NCBI RefSeq assembly: GCF_000829235.1
Contig: NZ_AP012549.1
Span: 390,001 to 422,000 of the forward strand
DNA length: 32,000 nt
Reading direction: 5' to 3'
Source: a cyanobacterium endosymbiont of Epithemia turgida isolate EtSB Lake Yunoko
Lineage (GTDB): Bacteria > Cyanobacteriota > Cyanobacteriia > Cyanobacteriales > Microcystaceae
The notes beneath the pieces were generated by a model. It was not told where the DNA came from. It made no database searches and saw only the letters and a program-made list of their open reading frames with translations. Position numbers and translations under genes: made by a program. Of the stretch, positions 26,745 to 32,000 are shown one piece after another; positions within the stretch are counted from its first letter, which is position 1; each line of letters opens with the position of its first letter.

Positions 26745-28913
26745 ATGTCCCAAGCCAATGTAGTCAATAATACCTTTAATCTTAAAGATTCTCAATACTA
26801 TTTCAATCGAGAATTAAGCTGGTTAGAATTCAACTATCGAGTCTTGCACGAGGCATTAGACGAACGAACTCCACTTCTAGAACGCCTAAAATTTACCGCA
26901 ATTTTTAGCTCTAACCTTGATGAATTCTTTATGGTTCGCGTAGCAGGGTTAAAACAACAAGTAGCTGCTGGTGTAAGTAAATTAACTCCTGATGGTCGGA
27001 CTCCTTCTCAACAGTTAATCGATATTGGTGCACGTCTTCGTCCTTTAGTTAAACAGCAGGATCATCTGTTTGAATACACCCTCAAAAATCTCTTAATTGC
27101 TCAAGGAATTTACTTAATTAACTACGTCGATCTCGATCAAGAACAACGTACTTATCTACATCAATATTTTGATGATTATATCTTTCCAGTACTAACACCA
27201 TTAGCCGTTGATCCGAGTCATCCTTTCCCTTATATTTCTAACCTAAGTCTAAATTTGGCGGTTGTAGTTCGTGAACCTAACACCGCAAAAGAACATTTTG
27301 CAAGGGTTAAAGTTCCTCAAGTGCTTCCCCGTTTTGTCGTATTCCCCAAGGAATTACGCCATCAAGAAAATGAGCATACTGCTGTCTGGACAGGAGTTCC
27401 TCTTGAACAAGTAATCGCCCATAACTTGGAGGCTTTGTTTCCGGGGATGATTGTGCAAGAATGTCATCCCTTTCGTTTAACTCGCAATGCGGATCTATTA
27501 GTAGAAGAGGATGAAGCTGATGATCTTCTATTAGCCATAGAACAAGAACTTCGCAAACGTCATGTAGGTAAATCTGCAGTTCGTTTAGAAATACACACTT
27601 CTACCCCCAGTAACATTCGAGAACGACTGATAAAAGATTTAGTTTTAGATGAGATTGATGTCTATCATATCGATGGGTTACTAGGACTCAAAGACCTATT
27701 TTATTTTATGTCCATTCCTCGCTCTGATCTTAAAGAGAAACCTTGGAGTGCAGTCATTCCTAGTCCTTTACAACGAATTAAACAAGTTTTTAACAACAAT
27801 GAAGATAGCATAATCCAACAGAAAGGAGAAAATATTTTTTCCCTAATTAAAAATTCTGATTTGTTAGTTCATCATCCCTATGATTCTTTTAGTGCTTCTG
27901 TTGAAGAATTTATTAACCAAGCTGCATATGACCCTAATGTTTTAACAATTAAGATAACCCTTTATCGTACTTCTGGCGATTCTCCTATTGTCAAAGCTTT
28001 AATTGCGGCAGCAGAAAATGGTAAACAAGTAGCAGCCTTAGTGGAATTAAAAGCCAGATTTGATGAAGAAAATAATATTCTTTGGGCGCGGCGCTTAGAA
28101 CAATCTGGCGTCCATGTTGTTTATGGCTTAGCGGGACTCAAAACTCATACTAAAGTAGTCTTAGTAGTGCGACAGGAAGATAATAAAATTCGGCGTTATG
28201 TCCATATTGGAACAGGAAATTACAATTATAAAACTGCTAAGTTATACACCGATCTAGGCTTATTAAGTTGTCGAGAAGAACTGGGGGCTGATTTAACAGA
28301 TTTATTTAATTTTCTCACAGGATATTCTCGTCAGAAATCCTACCGAAAATTGCTAGTCGCTCCCGTCACTATGCGTAATCGCATGATAGAAATGATTTAT
28401 CGTGAAGCACAACATTCTAAAAATGGAGGAAGTGGACGCATTGTAGCTAAAATGAATGCCTTAGTTGATTCCCAGATGATTAGAACCCTCTATGAGGCTT
28501 CTCAGGCAGGAGTTAGAATCGACTTGATTGTGCGGGGAATTTGTTGTCTACGTCCAGGAGTTAAAGGGATTAGTGACAATATTAATGTTATTAGTATTGT
28601 GGGTCGTTTTTTAGAACATTCACGAATTTTTTATTTTCACAATGGTGGAAAAGAAAAAATATATATTGGGAGTGCAGACTGGATGACTCGTAACCTTTCT
28701 CGTCGGGTTGAAGCTATAACTCCTATCGAGGATCCATCAATTATGCAGGAGTTACAAGAAATCTTAGGAATTATGCTAGCTGATAATCGTCAAGCTTGGG
28801 AATTACAGTCTGATGGTAGTTATATTCAAAGACATCCTGGGGAAAATTGTCGAGAACAGAGTGCGCACGAGATTTTCATGAAAATGGCATTAAAGAGTCA
28901 ACAGTTAACATAA
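26745..28913 (+). CDS. ppk: Polyphosphate kinase 1
   Basis: PPK1 N-domain YFNRELSWLEFNYRVLHEA...FSSNLDEFFMVRVAGL, autophosphorylation His region GLKTHTKVVLVVR, and two PLD-like C domains (GTGNYN, FLEHSRIFYF). I placed the start at ATG 26745 (MSQANVVNN); the ORF-track start at 26652 adds 31 unconserved residues. Confidence 0.94.
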   Translation: MSQANVVNNTFNLKDSQYYFNRELSWLEFNYRVLHEALDERTPLLERLKFTAIFSSNLDEFFMVRVAGLKQQVAAGVSKLTPDGRTPSQQLIDIGARLRPLVKQQDHLFEYTLKNLLIAQGIYLINYVDLDQEQRTYLHQYFDDYIFPVLTPLAVDPSHPFPYISNLSLNLAVVVREPNTAKEHFARVKVPQVLPRFVVFPKELRHQENEHTAVWTGVPLEQVIAHNLEALFPGMIVQECHPFRLTRNADLLVEEDEADDLLLAIEQELRKRHVGKSAVRLEIHTSTPSNIRERLIKDLVLDEIDVYHIDGLLGLKDLFYFMSIPRSDLKEKPWSAVIPSPLQRIKQVFNNNEDSIIQQKGENIFSLIKNSDLLVHHPYDSFSASVEEFINQAAYDPNVLTIKITLYRTSGDSPIVKALIAAAENGKQVAALVELKARFDEENNILWARRLEQSGVHVVYGLAGLKTHTKVVLVVRQEDNKIRRYVHIGTGNYNYKTAKLYTDLGLLSCREELGADLTDLFNFLTGYSRQKSYRKLLVAPVTMRNRMIEMIYREAQHSKNGGSGRIVAKMNALVDSQMIRTLYEASQAGVRIDLIVRGICCLRPGVKGISDNINVISIVGRFLEHSRIFYFHNGGKEKIYIGSADWMTRNLSRRVEAITPIEDPSIMQELQEILGIMLADNRQAWELQSDGSYIQRHPGENCREQSAHEIFMKMALKSQQLT

Positions 28914-28990
28914 AGAAATAACTGAATATAGAGGTTAATACTTATTGTCTTTTGTTATGAAGCCCAAGAGACCTCATAGGCAGTCTATGA

Positions 28991-30355
28991 TTAGACTATT
29001 AACTGTTCTCGAAACTTTTCTACCACTAAGTTTAACCCGACAGAATTAGAGGCTTTAAAAAGTAAGCGATCGCCCGGTTTGACGATTTCTTTTAATCGTT
29101 CAATAAGTTCCTGATGGGTAGAGATACAATCAGTGATCACACCTAGTGCGCCCTGGGTAATTGCCTCTGCCTCAGGATCATTAACCAACACTAACAAATG
29201 ATCAATCTCTAATTCCTTTACCATTTTTCCAACTTCACGGTGGAATTGAGCTGATTTTTCTCCTAATTCTTTCATAGTTCCTAGAATAGCTAAATGTCGT
29301 TTGCCAGGAATCCCTTTCAACAAATTTAGAGCCGCTTTCATAGACTCTAATCCTGCATTATAGGTCTCATCGAGAATGATAATGTCACCTGACAATTGAT
29401 ATTTTTGGGAACGTCCTTCAGGTACATGAACCCCAACTCCTTGAGTCAAAGGAGTTAAATCGAAATTTAGACATTTGGCTACAGCCAAAGCCCCTAAATA
29501 GTTTAAAGCATTGTGATGACCTGGTAACGGCACAGGAAAATTCATCCCCTCTACCTGTAAAGTTTGAAAATCAATTAATTTGCCAGTTATATCTCCTCCT
29601 TCAAGCCCATAAGTAATGGTTTTTCCTGACCAAACTTTCTTTGCCGTTTGAATTAAAAGAGTATTATCGTGGTTGAGAATAGCAATTCCCTCTTGAGACA
29701 TTTGAACTAATAACTCACATTTAGCTTGCGCGATCGCCTCTTTTGAGCCTAGTCTCCCAATATGGGCTGTTCCCACATTTGTAATTAGCCCAATAGTGGG
29801 ACGGGCTATTTGAGTGAGTAAAGCAATCTCTCCTAGAGCTCGCATACCCATTTCAACTACCACATAATTATGATCAGTCGTTAGATCTAATAAAGTTTTA
29901 GGAACACCAATTTCATTATTGTAGTTACTTTTAGTTTTGTGTACTTTCCCCTGTGTTCTCAAGACAGCTGCAATTAATTCTTTTGTAGTTGTTTTGCCAA
30001 CTGAGCCTGTGACAGCTATCACCGGAATATCAACTTGATTACGCCACCAATGAGCAATTTGTTGATAAGCAACTAAAGTGTCTTTGACTTTAAACTGTGG
30101 TATTTTCTTACTTAAATTTACTGGTAAATAGTGATCGACAATCAGAGCTACTGCTCCCTTTACTGTTGCATCTTCTGCAAATTCATGTCCATCAAAATGG
30201 CTGCCTTTTAATGCCAAAAATAATTCTCCTTTTTCGATGGAGCGGCTATCTGTACTAATTCCTTTAGCCCTTTCATAAGGAGTAAAATCAAAAACTTGTT
30301 CTAAATTACTTTCAAATAAATTAAGAAAGTTGCTGAGATAAATTTGGAATGACAT
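28991..30355 (-). CDS. murF: UDP-N-acetylmuramoyl-tripeptide--D-alanyl-D-alanine ligase
   Basis: 454-aa Mur ligase with P-loop AVTGSVGKTTTKE, central-domain motif GLITNVGTAHIG and the C-terminal Mur ligase domain (ILDETYNA). Confidence 0.93.
   Translation of the reverse strand: MSFQIYLSNFLNLFESNLEQVFDFTPYERAKGISTDSRSIEKGELFLALKGSHFDGHEFAEDATVKGAVALIVDHYLPVNLSKKIPQFKVKDTLVAYQQIAHWWRNQVDIPVIAVTGSVGKTTTKELIAAVLRTQGKVHKTKSNYNNEIGVPKTLLDLTTDHNYVVVEMGMRALGEIALLTQIARPTIGLITNVGTAHIGRLGSKEAIAQAKCELLVQMSQEGIAILNHDNTLLIQTAKKVWSGKTITYGLEGGDITGKLIDFQTLQVEGMNFPVPLPGHHNALNYLGALAVAKCLNFDLTPLTQGVGVHVPEGRSQKYQLSGDIIILDETYNAGLESMKAALNLLKGIPGKRHLAILGTMKELGEKSAQFHREVGKMVKELEIDHLLVLVNDPEAEAITQGALGVITDCISTHQELIERLKEIVKPGDRLLFKASNSVGLNLVVEKFREQLIV
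29066..29073. repeat. HIP1 octamer GCGATCGC
   Basis: Exact match, inside murF. Confidence 0.9.
29730..29737. repeat. HIP1 octamer GCGATCGC
   Basis: Exact match, inside murF. Confidence 0.9.
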
Positions 30356-31493
30356 AATGTTTCAATCAAACTCTTTTATTGAAAAATAAACTTGAATTTA
30401 GTGATTTTATAATAACAAATATTACTTAACAAATATATCTAATTTTAGCTACAGTTATGATACTATGATAGTAGATTTTATAGATCTACTTGGTATCTAA
30501 AGCATATTTAAGAAGCTTAATGTTACAATGTTGACTATCTAGCTTTGAATATTCTGAATCAATGCTAAAAATCATTCTAATGAACAGGTTATGTGCAAAT
30601 TAATTCGTCCGGGTGCTTATTCGATTATTGTCTGAATTTTGAATGTGATATTTTAATCATCCGTTGACAGATAAAGCCTCAACTACACAATTGTATTCCT
30701 AACCTAATTAGTCTGTTTAAAAATTTAGTGGAACTTTGTAGTGTTTTTTAGCATTACATCAATTAAATTCACTATTTGGTTAAAAAACTTAGTAAATCTA
30801 ATGAATTTACTAAATTTCAGTGGTTAGTGAGAATAATTAATGTTAAAAGCACCAACAATTAATTCATAAGCAATCTTATCCATTGTTATTAATAATTTAT
30901 ACAAATATTATTCATCTACAGACGATAGTAGAGGTCGATATAAACAAATCGTTGTAAGTATTAAGCACAACACAGAACTTTACTTATAAGGTTGGGATTG
31001 TTCAACTAATACCACTCTTCAGGCTTAAATTAATGACACTAGAATATTGTCAAATTTAAAATTCTACGTTTTCAATAGAGTTAAGTCCTGTTTTTAAACA
31101 CTTTGTGTAGACATAGTAGACGATAGTCATACTTATGAAAGTATGTCCCATAATTTTTCTAACTCCAATTGTTTCCGCCTAAACTATTAAATGGTTTCAA
31201 CAAGATTTTTATAAGTATTTAATTATTATTTAACAACCTTTAATATACAAAAAATTAATTAAAAAAACTATCCATAACGTCTTCTGAAATATTATACCTG
31301 AATACAATAATAAAAAATCCAATAAATTTTTAATGGTGCAGATATCGAATCAATTATTAAATTTTTTCACCGTTAAAAGTATTCAGTAGCCGGAACACTA
31401 TGTTTTCACTAAAAATATTACTTTTAGTAAAGTGAATTTAACTATCTTAAGCCAAATCAAGTTTTTTTCAAATGAAATCGACTGAGATCATGA

Positions 31494-31533
31494 CAAACTT
31501 CTCATTTTTATATCCAGAAGAATGAGAAGTTTG
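31494..31533. repeat. 13-bp perfect inverted repeat (caaacttctcatt / aatgagaagtttg) with a 14-nt loop
   Basis: 31494-31506 pairs with 31521-31533 (checked base by base). It lies 64 bp upstream of the hydrolase ATG at the end of a 1.2-kb ORF-free spacer. Confidence 0.7.
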
Positions 31534-31596
31534 CTATGATTTGAAAGTTTCCTGTTTAAGAATATATAACTAACTATCAACTCTACACAGTCAATA

Positions 31597-32000
31597 ATGA
31601 GGTTACTTTGTCCAAAATACTCAACATCATCAGAAGTTCCTCTATTTATCTATTTGCCAGGAATGGATGGAACGGGGAAGTTATTACATCGACAAGTTAA
31701 AAAATTGACTCAATTTTTTAACGTTCGTTGTTTAGCAATTCCCCAAAATGATTGTAGCAACTGGAATACTTTAGTTTCTCAAACCATTTGTTTAATTGAA
31801 AAAGAACTCAAGCATCATCCTCAATTTTCTTCGGTTTATTTATGTGGAGAATCTTTTGGAGGATGTTTAGCGATCAAACTTGCTCTAAAGTCTCCTGAAT
31901 TAATTAAAAAAATGGTTTTAATCAATCCTGCTTCATCTTTTACACAACGTCCTTTATTAAGTTGGGGAAGTGAATTAATTCAATGGGTACCGGAGATTCT
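31597..32000 (+). CDS. Alpha/beta-fold hydrolase (5' part; runs off the window end)
   Basis: Open frame from ATG 31597 to the window edge: MRLLCPKYSTSSEVPLFIYLPGMDGTGKLLHRQVKKL...VYLCGESFGGCLAIKLALKSPELIKKMVLINPASSF. It has the nucleophile elbow GESFGG and an LPG(M/I)DGTG oxyanion region like the hydrolase domain of plant/cyanobacterial PES-type esterases. It is absent from the ORF track because no stop is reached. Confidence 0.8.
   Translation, partial: MRLLCPKYSTSSEVPLFIYLPGMDGTGKLLHRQVKKLTQFFNVRCLAIPQNDCSNWNTLVSQTICLIEKELKHHPQFSSVYLCGESFGGCLAIKLALKSPELIKKMVLINPASSFTQRPLLSWGSELIQWVPEI

Noticed and set aside
1-32000. Search for CRISPR arrays, tRNA/rRNA/tmRNA genes, prophage or defence islands, toxin-antitoxin pairs and a novel multi-gene system
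   Set aside because: I saw no direct-repeat/spacer periodicity and no tRNA-like T-arm or acceptor patterns. There are no GC-rich structured-RNA blocks beyond the small island at 5740-5830. Every sizeable intact ORF has a clear housekeeping identity. I therefore do not claim a new system here.

Overview
This is an AT-rich cyanobacterial chromosome segment. The cyanobacterial origin is supported by HIP1 GCGATCGC octamers and by Synechocystis-like gene pairs: ABC1 kinase next to pphA, and ycf4 next to ppiB. I call 18 apparently intact protein genes, almost all housekeeping: thrS, a BgtA/GlnQ-like ABC ATPase, def, spoT, an M16 peptidase, ABC1 kinase, pphA, a GNAT acetyltransferase, a group-2-like sigma factor, priA, rluD, ppiB, ppk1, murF, a partial alpha/beta hydrolase and three small hypothetical ORFs. 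By my own calls only about 63% of the window is coding. The rest is very AT-rich, ORF-free spacer (1-577, 3470-4352, 4776-6090, 21590-23317, 30356-31596) plus recognisable gene wreckage. Two photosynthesis genes are multiply disrupted pseudogenes: chlI (Mg-chelatase subunit I) and ycf4 (PSI assembly factor). There is also a decayed IS982-like transposase relic and a decayed partial copy of the priA 3' end about 0.7 kb downstream of the intact gene. Several long perfect hairpins sit in the spacers, including a 34-bp-stem bidirectional terminator that overlaps a stop codon. I found no tRNA, rRNA, CRISPR array, prophage, defence island or novel multi-gene system. The notable biology is reductive genome evolution with loss of photosynthesis, as expected for a non-photosynthetic cyanobacterial endosymbiont such as the spheroid bodies of rhopalodiacean diatoms. 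That attribution is inference, not a database result.
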